NCBI RefSeq assembly: GCF_009834535.1
Contig: NC_045696.1
Location: forward strand, 42,968,001 to 43,032,000
From: Camelus ferus
Lineage: Eukaryota
DNA length: 64,000 nucleotides
Direction of reading: 5' to 3'
This document shows positions 51,505-64,000 of the stretch, one piece after another; within the stretch, counting starts at the first letter, position 1; every line of letters starts with the position of its first letter. The translations under genes and the position numbers were made by a program. The notes under the pieces were generated by a model. It was not told the origin of the DNA. It saw only the letters and a list, made by a program, of their open reading frames with translations, and did no database searches.

Positions 51505-51935
51505 TGTAAGGATCTGGGTTTTTGCCGTATTTACAAGCTAAGTGTCCTAATACTGTTTTGTGTGGCCTGGCAGGAGTCAAGAGCTCTGGATAGGAGACAT
51601 AAGACTTCACTACAGCAAGAGCAGTAGCCAGAAATTCACATCAGCTTCTGTTGGTCCCCATGCTCCCCTAACCCATAGGGAGATAGTAGGGTCCATTGTA
51701 GGCACCTGCACATCCAGTGGGCTGTATTACCTGAGGAAACCCCTGAACTGGGAGGACTCACTGCTTTTACAGTGATCAGAAGCAGGCCTGCTCTTTGGGC
51801 AGAAATGTTTCCTTCTCAAAGTTGCTTGCTGAGAAATGACCCAGGCAAAGGGCAATCAGGGCCATGTACTCTTGGCATATTCAGCAAGAACGTGGAAGGG
51901 CATTCAAAGCCCAAAGCAGATCACCCTTCCCAGCA
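51505..51935 (-). mobile_element. LTR40-like (ERVL) 3' LTR
   Basis: TG...CA termini. Similar to the 62133-62578 LTR (caagctaa / caggctaacaa; cagcaag). Preceded on the minus strand by a purine tract (agagcagagaggtaga). Confidence 0.75.
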
Positions 51936-53370
51936 ATCTACCTCTCTGCTCTACAAGTTCTTGGCAGAACTTAAATTTTCAACATGAGTGTGCTGCTCTG
52001 TCAACCACTCAGATTCATCTAACCAGCAGACTGGTGCAAAATCAGTTCTATTTTTCTAATATGATATTTTGGTTATAATCAACAAAACTCCAAACATCAG
52101 GCCAAACTCAGTACTGACTGACCTCGGTCATACCCCACAGAACACAGAATCAGCCATCTGTGAGTAAGTCTCAGAGAGGAACAGTAGTTCTTAGATCTTT
52201 GGTGTCGTCATGTTTATGTTTCCTAAAAAAATTCATATGTTGTAACTTAATCCCAGATGAAATGGTACTTAACAATGGAGCCTTTGGGCAATGATTAGAT
52301 CATGAAGGTATAGCCCTCATGTTGGAATTAGTGCACTTAATAAAAGAGTCCCCAAAGAACTCTCTTGCCCTTTCCACTGTGTGAGAACACAAAGAGAAGA
52401 AGGTCATCTATGAACCAAAAGGCAGACCCTCACCATATACCAAATCTGCCAACACTCTCATCTTGGACTTCCCAGTTTCCAGAATGATGAGAATTAATAT
52501 TTGTTGTTTAAGCTATCCATGCTATGTTATTTTTGTTTTAGCAGTCCAAAAGGACTAATACAGGTATCATTGCCAATAATTATAGGAGTAATAGATGAGC
52601 GAAAAAGCAACCTCTACCCCTACGGAAGTTATTTTATGGCCAACTTTTCCACGCATACAAGCATATAACCTGAAAGGGCACAGATCACTAGAGTTCATAC
52701 TATATTGTCGCCATTATGTTGGTTTGGTTAAATCGCAGTGTCACTGAGTATTTTCACCTTCAGTTACCATACATGGCATAATGCAAGGCTACTCAAACAT
52801 CAGAAGTATATAAGTTTGCATCATTTATATAGAAACAAAGTAGTGGTAGCTGAACACACCGCCTTTGGGAATTATCATTAATAGCATCAACCACAGCAGA
52901 ATAATTCAGGTCTGGCCATGTCCACATGAGTTTTTCTGTTTTTATAGTATGTGGACAGACTGCCAACTTCAGCTGCCGCTCGATTCAGATTGATCTAGGG
53001 GACAAATAGAGCATTAATTGCCCTCTTCCACTCCTAATACCTCCTAGGGTCTAAGATGTTCACTTTGCAGACACTGGAGTGTTTATATCTCTCCACCAAC
53101 ACAAATTACCAAGCCCCAATTAGGCAGCTATAATTTTCTGCCAGTCTGCACTTACTTGCATCCAGACCTGTCATTCAGAACAGTTAGAGGGGAATTTCAA
53201 AAATTTCAAAAATATGACCCCATTTTGTACTGATCATTTCTTAGCAGTCAAAGGGTGAAGATCTGTTTCTGGAGAGTCTCATTAAATAATCAAACTGTGA
53301 GGTTGAAGGGGGCAAGAGAGTCAAAAATCTTTCCAGGAATGTCCAGGGCCCATGGCAAATTGCCTTTCCA
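51936..53370 (-). mobile_element. Decayed ERVL internal sequence (HERVL40-int-like), interrupted by MLT1A
   Basis: Contiguous with the LTR via the purine tract and higher in GC than the flanks. No intact ORF, and the right boundary is uncertain. Confidence 0.5.
52203..52562 (+). mobile_element. MLT1A-like MaLR solo LTR
   Basis: aaaattcatatgttg...gattagatcatgaagg...atcttggacttcccag...ggactaataca; ~360 bp. Confidence 0.9.
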
Positions 53371-53545
53371 AGACCTTTATCAAGCACCCACTAAGTAAAA
53401 GTATAGAAAAGCAGAAATTAAACACAGTCTATTGTTTTCCAATATTTCCAAAATTATTTCCAGTAATTTTCAATGGAACAAGAGGGACAAAATTTACATG
53501 ATAAAAATGTGAATATTAGCATGAAAAGTTGCATGGTGATTGGAC

Positions 53546-55730
53546 TTTTTTTTTTTTTTTAGGAAAAAACAGTTTATTGAGGTATGTTTGATATACAAAA
53601 GCTGTACTTAATATATAAAACTTGATGAATTTAGAGATAAGTATGTACCTGTGAATTCATAACAATCAATGCAGTTAACATTTACATTACCTCCAAAAGT
53701 TTCTTCCTCCCTTCTTTATTATTACTATTATTATTTATAATAAGAACATTGGAGATAAGATCTACTTGTTTAGCAAAATTAAGTATACAAACTTAACTAT
53801 ACTTGTTACTTGTTATGTTACACAGTAGAGCTATGAAATAACAGTAGATCTCTAGGACTTACTCATCTTGCATAACTAAAATTTTGCACTCTTTGACTAA
53901 TATCTACCTTTTTGCCTTCCCTCCCAGCCCCAGACAACCACCATTCTACTCTTTGCTTCTATGAGTTCAAGCATTTTTAGATTCCTCATATTTGCAGTAT
54001 TAAATAGTATTTGTCTTTGTGTCTGGCTTATTTAACTTAGCATAATGTGCTCCAGATTCATTTATGTTGTCACCAGTGGAAGGATTTCTCTCTTTTTTAA
54101 GGCTGACTCATATTCCATTGTGTGTATATACCATATTTCCTTTATCCACTTATCTATCAATGAACATGTGGGTTGCTTCCATGTCTTGGCTATTGTGAAT
54201 AACGTTACAGTGAATATTGGTTGGAGATACCTTTTTGAAATAACTGATTTCAGTTCCTTTGGATATACACCCAGAAGGGAGATTGCTGGAAAATACTGGT
54301 AGTTCTATTTAATATTTTTGAGGAAACTCCATATTGTTTTTTACAGTGGTTTCACCAGTTTACATTCCCAACAACATTGTAAAGAGTTTTCTTTTCTTCA
54401 CTGTTCCTTTCCAACACTTGTTTTTGTTTTTTTGTCTTGATAATAGACATCTTAACAGGTGTGAAATGATATCTTTTTGTGGTTTTAATTTGCATTTCCC
54501 TGGTTATTAGTGATGTTGAGCACCTTTTCGTATATCCATTGACCATTTGTTTGTCTTCTTTGGAGAAATATCTATCCAGTTTCTTTCCTCATTTTTTAAT
54601 AAGGTTATTTGTTTATTTACTGTTGAGTGTAGGATTTTCTTATATATTTTGAATAATAACCCTTTATCAGACGTATGGTTAGCAAATATTTTATCCCATT
54701 CCATAGATTGCCTGTTCATTCTTTTGTTTAATACAGTCCCACTTGACTGTTTTTACTTTTGTTGCCTGTGCTTTTCATGTCCAAGAAATCACTGCTAAGG
54801 TCAGTATCAAGATTTTCCTAATGCTTTCTCCTAGAAGTTTTAAAGTTTCAGGTCTTAACATTTAAGTCTTTAAACCATTTGAGTTGATTTTTATATATGG
54901 TGTAAGGGTCAAGTTTCATTCTTTTGCATATGAATATCCACTTTTGTAACACCATTTATGAAGATACTATTCTTTCCTCATTTGTGTTCTTGGCACCCTT
55001 GTGAAAGATCAATGGGCTATATATGCATGGGTTTATTTCTGGGCTCTCTGTTATGTCCCATTAGTCTATCTGTTCATTTTTATGCTAGTACCATACTCTT
55101 TCATTTACTGTAGTTTTATAGTGTGTTTTGAAAATAGGAAGTGTGATGCTTCCAGTTTTGTTCTTCTTACTGAAAATAGTTTTGGCTAGTCAGGGTCTTT
55201 TGTGATTCCATAATAATTTTAGGATTATTTTTTCTATTTCTGCAAAAATGCCATTGGGATTTTGTTAGGAATTGTATTGGATCTATAGGTAGCTTTAGGT
55301 AATATAAACATTTTAACAATATTAGGTCTTCCAATCTATAAACACAAAGTATCTTTCCATTGTGTATCTTCTATTACTTTTTTTTTTTTTTTAGTGTAGG
55401 TACTGGGATTGAACCCAGGATCCTGTGCATGCTAAACAAGTGCTCTACCACTGAGATATACCCTCCAACCTATTAATTTTTAATCAATGATTCATGGCTT
55501 TTAGTGTACAAATATTTCATCTCTTCATTAAGTTTATTACTAAGAATTTTACTATTATTGATGCTATTGTAACTGATTTTTTTTAACTTCCTTTTTGGTT
55601 TGTTGTTAAGATATGGATATGTAACTAATTTTTATAAGTTGATTTTGTATCCTGAAACTTTTCTGAATTCATTTATTAGTTCTGATAGATTTTGTGGGTG
55701 TATGTGGAATCTTTAGGGTTTTCTGCATAT
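53546..55730 (-). mobile_element. L1MA-like 5'-truncated LINE-1
   Basis: Poly(T) tail and 3' UTR (agatctctaggacttactcatcttgcataact). ORF2 remnants 54352-54546 and 54507-54719 (EWDKIFANHTSDKGL). Confidence 0.92.
55378..55470 (-). mobile_element. Short vic-1-type tRNA-Ala SINE nested in L1MA
   Basis: Minus strand tatatctcagtggtagagcacttgtttagcatgcacaggatccctgggttcaatcccagtacct plus poly(A). Approximate TSD ctattactttt / ctattaatttt. Confidence 0.88.
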
Positions 55731-58244
55731 TGTCCTCTTTTCTCTCTTTCCATTATCATTAATCATCTATTAACTGTGGGTCTTCTATTGGGAGCCTTTG
55801 ACTATGGGAATTTTCCCCCTATATACTCCTTTTACAACAAATCTGAGTCTCTTCCCTTATTTTTAGCTCCTATATTGGACTCCCCAAATTCTAATTTTAA
55901 TCTTGACTTTCAGTAAGTCTTTAGTCTATGAAACTGATCATATTCACAGCATTTCTCCATACTATCCCACATAACCCCCAAATTCAGGTTGTCATTAGTT
56001 GAACTCTTTACCATCTCTCCTACTCTACCCTTTGTCTCCATTGTTTTTTTGTATCTTACAATATGCAAGGCAACTTTTCTATATTCTAGATTCAAAATCA
56101 AGAAATCAATCATAAGTTCCACATCATTTATCTCAATAGATCTAATATGGCCCAAGCCCAGTCAATTTCAGTCTTAAAAATAACTTTGAACTTTCTGTTA
56201 CATTCTACTCCAACTGTTCACATCATAGTTCAAGCCATCATTACCTCATTTTGCATACTTCATAGCTGCATCAGCCACCTAAGTAACTATCTTAAAAATA
56301 TTTCATCATGTCATTATATTGCTTCATTTTCAGTGATGCTTCATTTTCAATGATGCTCCATTACCTATTGGATTAAGTCCAGAATTTTGTATTGCTTTTA
56401 TTCAAACCTATTCCCATTAACAAACACACCACTTGTACTCAAGCTGAGCTGAACTTCTCATTTGTTCTCTGAGGCTTTTACTTTAAAATTGAGCGAATTG
56501 TATTACACAGAATGATCTGTAAAGGTATCTTTTTTCTACAGTTTCCATTTTAAACACACAGACAAAGACACATACAGAAAATTATTTTTATCTTTATTAA
56601 GTAATTGTTAAAGTTGTAATGCACGTAGGCAGGAACAGGCCATATGCACTTAAGCTGGCCTGTAAAAGACATGTCTTTTACAGATATTCTGGCTTGTCTA
56701 ACAGAAATATCTCTGTCTCCTGTCCAACTGTGCATGATATCAATTTAATGTCCTCCACTGAGCCCCTGTGTATTATTCAACATACCACAAATTAATTTGA
56801 ATATCAGAGATGATAAATTATTTGTATAGAATTCTCATACAACATGTCTAAGCTTTTTTGAAGTCTGACATACAAATATATTAACAAACAATATGCTGTA
56901 CCTACTACCATTTTAATTGTTCAATATACAGGACATGGTAATTCTAAACTTACATTAAAATCGCATTGCAAACGTATTTTCATTAGCTCTTAGTCATGCA
57001 GAAACACTTACCTTTTTAGCTTTGTGAAGTTGGTGGGCTATGTTAGGAATATCTTGGATTCTAGAAGGATGAGAATTTTCAAGTTTACTTCCCAGACCTC
57101 AGTACAGTTAACTTCAGTCAAGATACCTATATAATGAAACCCTTATCTAATAACAGGAGCACCGAGGATCCCAGCCACGTTGGCTGCTGTTTTCCTCTTG
57201 TATCCACTTCTGGATATAGGTCTATATTCACCTGACTCACTACTAAAGATTCTGCCTTCTGTTTTAAGTGTTTACATGACTCTCTAAACTTAAACTGACA
57301 TGAGCTTTCTGACTCTTGATAATTACCATCCCCTTTATGTTTGTAGTTCAGCCAAACCTGAACCAACCTTCTTCTTTTCCATACTAAAATGAGGTATGGA
57401 ATGTGGATTGAATGGCTTATTTAAAAGGATCTTGCTACAAAGAAATCCCTTGCTTTATACCTGTTCCTTTGTCCAGATTTTATATTTACACTACTCCTAT
57501 AAGAACATTCTTAAATTTTACTTTCAACCACTTTTTTTCCCTGATAAATGAGGGCTAGTCACATTGCTCATCTATTGGTCTTCTAATTAAAGACAGCTCC
57601 CTTCTCTCTGCCCATCCTAACCCTTTGCCATCCTCTAAAGCCATTTAAAATCTATCAAATTCAATTCTTTTATCAACTTCAATTTTTTTATCAACTTCCA
57701 AATAACTTGTTCATATTGACCCTCCCTATCTTAACCTTCCAAAGCACTAAATTGGTTGTACCATGAATGTTGACACTAGATTATAATCAATTCTGCCCTG
57801 TGTCATCTCACGGTATTCTCTGAATTTGCAGCTAGCGGGAGAGGAAGTAATGAAGGTAGTAAGTTTCTTGTGAAGAATGATAAGTAAACAGATAATGCTG
57901 CTGCTGACTATAAATGTTTTCCTTAACTTAGTACATTGAACAATGACTAAGCAACCCAGTACATATTAGATATTGAATAAAATGTATGTCCTTTGAAGAA
58001 CTAGTTAATTCATAAATAAATGAAGAGATTACAGTAATATAATTGCCTAAATTTCCAAATTGTATTTACCTTATCTCTGTGGCACAGGTTAAAATACATT
58101 GTATGTTCTCTTTCTCTCTGATTACTGTGAAAAGAAGGTAAGTGATTTATCACTGATGTTTAAATATGGATTTTTATCTTAACAAGAAGTATTAGTGATA
58201 GCATATTGAATTTGTGAGTTTTAAAGCTTTTAAAAACCTATTAT

Positions 58245-58338
58245 TATAATCTGCAAAAATAACCTGAGTCACTGGGCTGTACAGCTGAAACTAACACAAT
58301 TTTATAAATCAAATTATACTTTGATTTAAAAAAAAAAA
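58245..58338 (+). mobile_element. Very short LINE-1 3' end
   Basis: gagtcactgggctgtacagctgaaactaacacaattttataaatcaa plus poly(A); reverse-complement homologue of 11757-11845. Confidence 0.85.
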
Positions 58339-59249
58339 CTGTTATGTCATCAGTAGTTAGACATAGGAACAAGTATATATTGGTTTGAAATTTTCTTTTG
58401 AAATAATCCACATGTGAATTTTTGTATTTTTCTGGACATTTAAACACAGAAACATTGTAAATACCAACGTGTATTTAACAGTTTCCTTATCCTGTGAATA
58501 CTGTTAGAATTAGGAAAGCCATTTTAAAAAGTTCAACAGCCCTGTTAGTAAGCTAGGATCACAATTGGGTCTCATTTTGGAAAGCTGTTTCCATGGAGAC
58601 ATTGAATATCACATTATTTATTAGAGTCTGATTCTAGTAAAGAAAATTAATCACAACTTTACTGAAAATTGTTTTTGAGAAGAAATTCTGATTGTCATTA
58701 ATAGTTACAGGTAGACTAATCACTAAAGAAGATTGTGGTTTGATATTAAGAATTGGGACTGCACAGAAAAGTTGAGTTGAACCTGACATGTCTTAAGAAA
58801 ATGGGAAATGTATTCCAAGGTCTTAGGCAATTTTCTTTCCTATAAAAACAATGTTCTTCTCTATTCTTTACTCAAAAGGAGATAATTGGTTTCAGTATTT
58901 ATTTCTCTAGAAAGGTTAAGAGAGAAATTCTCTAGGAGGAGGATCTTCCAGTTTCTTAATAGATGTATTCTTTTTAGTGGTATTTCACCACTCTCTACCT
59001 AAAGTTGCAAGTGTTGAGGTGGACTTAAATCCCCATTGATGGCCAAGAGACTGACCATTTCCAGACAGCTTTATTATGGTTGTAGAGACATTTCAGCCTT
59101 GTGAATTCTGGGATGCTGTGAACACCATGTATTTCTTGAAAGTTTTTGTGAGTTGACACTGTGACGAAACTCTTTGTCATAATCTCAGTGTCTAGTCTTA
59201 ACACTGAAAGATGAGACACTGCTTTCATGTGGAGTGATGTAACTAACTG

Positions 59250-59680
59250 AAAAAGTACATTTCTAAGCCTCTCTTTGAGATAAGGGTAAGCACGTGACTA
59301 ATGCTTTGGCTCAAGTTAGATGATCAGAAGTTACGCAGTGGGGCTTCCAGCAAAGCTTCCCAATTTAGGTTCATTCAACCAGCAAATTCTTTTTGTCTGT
59401 GCCCATTCTATGTTCCTCTACTTGCAATGAGAACATGATGGGCTGGAGCTTCATCTCATACAAACATAAGGCAACTGTGAAGAAAGACACACATGCTGTA
59501 GGTGGGGAGGCAGAGAGGTAGAAGGATTCTGGGATGCTGTTGACATTATAGAACCACTGGATCACCCCTGATCTAAGATACCCTTTCTTCATTTCCCATG
59601 GGAGAATAATGAACACCAATGTTTTAATTAGCTGTGAATTTAGGACTCTGTTACCAGCAAATGAACACATTTTTCATTGA
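59250..59680 (+). mobile_element. Old MLT1 LTR
   Basis: cacgtgactaa...gggcttccagcaaagct...atgatgggctggagct...ctctgttaccagcaaatgaacacat. Confidence 0.65.
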
Positions 59681-61784
59681 TTTTTATTCCATAAAGTAAA
59701 ACATAGATTACAAATTCCATTGTACTATTCCATATTGTTTTGCTTTCTGAAGTTTCTTTAGAATATATTATCACCTAGCACATAGCCTGGCATATTCTTT
59801 ATTTGCTCTATAATATTTGAACTGAATATCAGAAAGGACTCCGTTTTTTTATGATACTTACTAGAAATAAAATATCTATCATTAGAGAGAGGTGGGGAAG
59901 AGGACTGGGAAATTGAGTATAAGAGGCTATCAAACTATTATCTAGGATAATAAATTATAAAACTACTGTGATTCTTGATCTAAACTTATCTCCTTGATAA
60001 TCTATTCCAACTCATTTTATGAGGCAGGAAAACTGAGAAGTAACTTGTTCTAACCTCATACAAAAATCCTGGTCTTCTGGAATTGATAACTACTTTTCTT
60101 TCTCATGTGAAATTTTCAGACACAGACCTCTGGATCTCTTTTAAAGTGAGAGATTAAGTAAACTGGAATCTTGTTTAAATCCTTTACCAGAGTTTCCTTT
60201 TTCTTTTTCTTTTTCTTTTCTCGTTTTTTGTATATAGCCAGACCTGATCCTAATTGACATAGTACCTATATCCTTGTATGTATGGACTACAGAATGTATA
60301 ATGTACATTTCCTGGTTATCTGAGACAGAATTTTACATGGGAAAGTGAAGTTGTATCGTTACCATATTCTCTAACTTATGGATTGATTGTGGATTTGTAA
60401 CAGAGTACTTTATTTTTTTTAAAATAGTTATTTTTAGTGAACTTGCTGGAAAATTTAGTTGCATAAGCACACAAATATTTTACTACGTTAAGATGTTCAC
60501 AGAGATAGAAAAGATTATAAATCCATCAATAAACTATCACACCTTATCTATTTAAGCTCTTCAAAAGTCTTAGATTACTTAGGAGTATTGTCTCCTTTAA
60601 GACTTTGTGAGCTTGAGATATATAGAAATAGTGAACATTGCAAATAGTAGTTAAAAAAAATCTAAGCACTATTTGTTTAATTCAGAGTAAGAAAACTCAA
60701 GGCAGTATAAAAACTCCCATTTTATAAGTTAAAGGAAATGAATTTTAGAAGCTATCGAGGTAGAAGAGTATTACCAAATTGACTGAAGTTTTATATCCAT
60801 CTAAAAATTCCCAGAGAATTTTTATCTCAAAATTAGCCTTGTGGAGAAATTAGATCTAAAAATAGTCTTTGAGTATGTGTCTATAGACATGTGAAGGTTT
60901 GTGTTTCATTCACTGTATAGTGTTACGAATTCATATTCACAATGAAGGCATCTAATTGTATAAATGCATTGAGGTATATGTTTCTTTAAAATCTTGTCCA
61001 AGATGTGGATTTTGTAATAATTTAGTACTTTTTAAATGTCATCATATTTAATATATATATGAACTTTACTGTGTAGTCCATTAAAATGAGAATCTGATGC
61101 TTATTAAAGACTGTGTAACAGGTAGGCTGTGTAGGTCATATATTTTAATTATAATTATTTTATATAATTCTGGACTCAAATATTTTGTTACTTGTTTAAG
61201 TCCCAGAACCAAGAAGAGAAAGAGCCAGGACTTAATTATAGCCACATTGTCTCCACTCTACTGCAGTAACTTTACAGTTTTAATTTTGTTAGCAAATGAA
61301 AAGGGCACTTGAGTCACTGAGTTACGGAGAATACTGATGTCCCTCACTTACATGTCACTGCTGCTGAAATGTTATTTTTTGAACCTCTAAATCAAATAGA
61401 CAAGTTATCAACACTAATTGGTAGAAACCTGTGCCCACTACAGATGGAATAAACAATGGTTTTAAAAAAATCTTAAACACTAAAATCAACCTTTTAAGAT
61501 CTGAACTTGAAAACCTAAGAATATAAAGTGATGACAGCATTATCATAGACTGCTTAGAACTTGAAAGAATTCTCTTAAGTGTGAAGCCTAGTGTTTGTTG
61601 TGACAGAGCTAGAGAGCTGATAATTTCTTCTCACTAATCTATTTTTTTCCTAAAGAAATCTATATGTCCAAGAAATGCTTCCCAATGCACCACAACATTT
61701 AATTTTTAAAACTCAAATAACATAATGACTAGAAAGGGAAATATGTTATTACACATTACTTCTCATTCATTTATATTCCATAGT

Positions 61785-61992
61785 TTAGTGGCTAACGAAC
61801 ATTAGAGGGCTCTAGAATTTCTGAGGATATTTTTTAAACTATAGATTCCTATACCCGACTCTTAAAGATTGTGTTACACTTGGTCACACATTACACTTAT
61901 TGTATGTGTATACACACACACATACACACTTAACAGGTACATCTGGAGATTCTCATGAGAATGGTCTAGGGAACACATTTTGAGAATTACTG
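61785..61992. mobile_element. MER5-like hAT-Charlie element with an internal (CA)n tract
   Basis: Ends with aacacattttgagaattactg; internal tagaatttctgaggatattttttaaa. Confidence 0.55.
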
Positions 61993-62132
61993 AGTCAGTC
62001 TGCATGTTTATTCAATTTGTATCATAGTACATAAGAGTGAAATTATAAATCTGAATGAAATCAATGACTATGAGAATCCTTAATTTACCAATGAAAAAAG
62101 CACTCCGTTGAATGTTATAAACTCAGTTGAAT

Positions 62133-62578
62133 GTGTAGAATCTGAGTTTTTCTCTATTAGCAGGCTAACAAATTAGCCTGACATAGTTTCACGGATGCTG
62201 AAAGAGACAAGATCTCCTGGGTTGGAGACAAAAGACTTTACTCCTCACTCCATAGCAAGCAGCATGGGCTCATGTTCATACCAGTTCTCCTTGTCACCCC
62301 CAGATCTCACAGGGATAATGGAACACACAGGTACACATTGCACATGTAGAAAACCCCAACCTTTTATAAGGTGCTGCACAAAAACCTCCCCAAACATCGC
62401 CCTGATGGGAGGATATTCTGAACATCAAATAAACCTACCTTTTCTCTGGAGGGAGACACTATCTATTTTCCAAGTCTATTTACAAACACTGAAAAGTCAG
62501 TGTGGAACAAAAGCTCTTATTGATTTAGTTTACAAAACATGTGGAAACATGACAGACCCAGGCAAAATTCTCCCAGCA
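62133..62578 (-). mobile_element. LTR40-like (ERVL) LTR, with probable internal sequence extending to ~63120
   Basis: tgtgtagaatctgag...gcaggctaacaaattagcctg...gagacaaaagacttta...gagggagacactatct...aattctcccagca. Confidence 0.85.
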
Positions 62579-63253
62579 ATAAATTTTCCATTTTTAATTG
62601 GGTATTTTACATGGTATAATCACAGTGATCTCACTATTCCATCTCATTCCCAATGTGACTTGTTTGTTTTTGCCTCTCCCCCAAAGATCAATATGAAGAT
62701 TTCTCACCATCCTCTCACTAGGTTTCCTGAATACTGTAGGAGAGTGTCTACATAGTGTAGTTCCATCAGGCAAAGTCATTTCTGACTTTTAATACTGCAA
62801 AGATGTGGAGAAAAACCCCTAATGTTCATACCTTCCCATTAAAGTCACCTAAAAAATGTTATCCTGGCATAGATATATAACACTTTCAATGTTTTTTGTT
62901 TGTTTTTTGCTTAAGACAATAGGCCCAATCCAAAGCCAAAATTCTAGAAAGGTAAATATGAAAAATTCTGGAAAGTTAATACCTAGTACAGAATGTATTA
63001 TCACTTGATTTGTTATACTCCTCAGTCATCACAGAATTTTTCCTTTGTTAATCATTAGGACTCGTATTTATTGGGGATCTTCCACTGCCTGGATATTATT
63101 GGCGGTGAGATCACTTTATTTAGAACACACGTGATAGAAAGCATTATGTTAAGCAGCATACCTGACCTCAGAGAGCTTATAGCACATTAGTGAAAGACTA
63201 TTTTACACAAATACACAGTAAAGCAGAGTAAAAAGTGCTGCTTCATTAAAGAC

Positions 63254-63722
63254 TGTATGAGTTTCCTGTTGCTGCTGTAACAAGCTACCCCAATGTAGGG
63301 GCATAAAACAATCGACCTTTATATTCTTGCTGTTCTGGAGGTCAAAAATCTAAAATCACTGGGCTAAACCATGGTGCCTTCCCCCTGGAGGTGCTAAGGG
63401 GAAATTGATTTCTTGCCTTTCCCAGCTTCTAAGGGCTGCCTACCTTTTTTGTCTTGTGACTTCTGGTACTTGCATTACTCCAACTTCTGCTGTCATTGTC
63501 ACATCTCCTCTGACTCTGGCTCTCCTCCTTCCAACTCTTCCCTTATATGGAATCTTGTGATTACATTGGGCTTCAATAGTTAATCCATGATAATTTCCCC
63601 ATCTGAAGGTCATTAACTTAATCACATCAGCCAAGTCACTTTGGCCACATGGGGTAAGATAATCTCTGGTTATAGAAATTAGTATAGATCTACTTGGTGA
63701 AGCCATTTTTCCACCTAATACA
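63254..63722 (-). mobile_element. MLT1C/D-like MaLR solo LTR
   Basis: tgtatgagtttcctgttgctgctgtaacaa...gttctggaggtca...ttgtgattacattggg...cttaatcacatc; homologous to the reverse complement of 41240-41737. Confidence 0.9.
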
Positions 63723-64000
63723 GAAAGGTATATGTCATTGTCATCATTAAGAGTAAAAATCCTACAATTTTAATTAGATACCTGGTTTGGTTTCTGAAGA
63801 AAATCTTACTAATTATTTTTACGAATGATGTAGGTAACATTTATATATTGATTCTTCCCTCAAAAGAAATGCTACTAAAACTAAACTAGGCAATTCAGAA
63901 AGAGAGGCCATGGTCCAGAGAGGGAATATTCAGGAAGAGCCTGAAAATTCCCCAAGGAGATGGAGCAAAGAGTCCAAGCAGGCCAAGGTGGCTCAAGTTT

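Noticed and set aside
62195..62755. Longest ORF in the track (186 aa, plus strand)
   Set aside because: It runs antisense through an LTR40-like LTR and its internal flank, with no recognisable domain; a chance ORF.

Overview
Mammalian genomic DNA, AT-rich and CpG-depleted, most likely from a camelid (alpaca/llama/camel): it carries three tRNA-Ala-derived SINEs of the camelid vic-1 type. Much of the window is decayed transposable elements: several generations of LINE-1, including two large rearranged copies at 11.75-20.3 kb and 31.8-37.2 kb, plus ERVL/MaLR LTR elements, hAT and Tc2 DNA transposons, MIR, L2 and microsatellites. I recognise no protein-coding gene. Every ORF-track peptide I could identify is a broken LINE-1 ORF1/ORF2 or ERV-L pol remnant. 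Nearly all L1s and all SINEs lie on the minus strand, which suggests (inference) a large intron of a plus-strand gene; a few low-confidence exon candidates are listed. I found no convincing novel biological system. The best second-look items are a p53-family half-site array at 7.19-7.24 kb, a nested L1 whose 5' end falls at the homologous point of its host, an internally shuffled L1, a MaLR/ERV-L pol chimera and an orphan poly(A)-tailed insert. Repeat subfamily names come from my recollection of consensus sequences and need RepeatMasker/Dfam confirmation.
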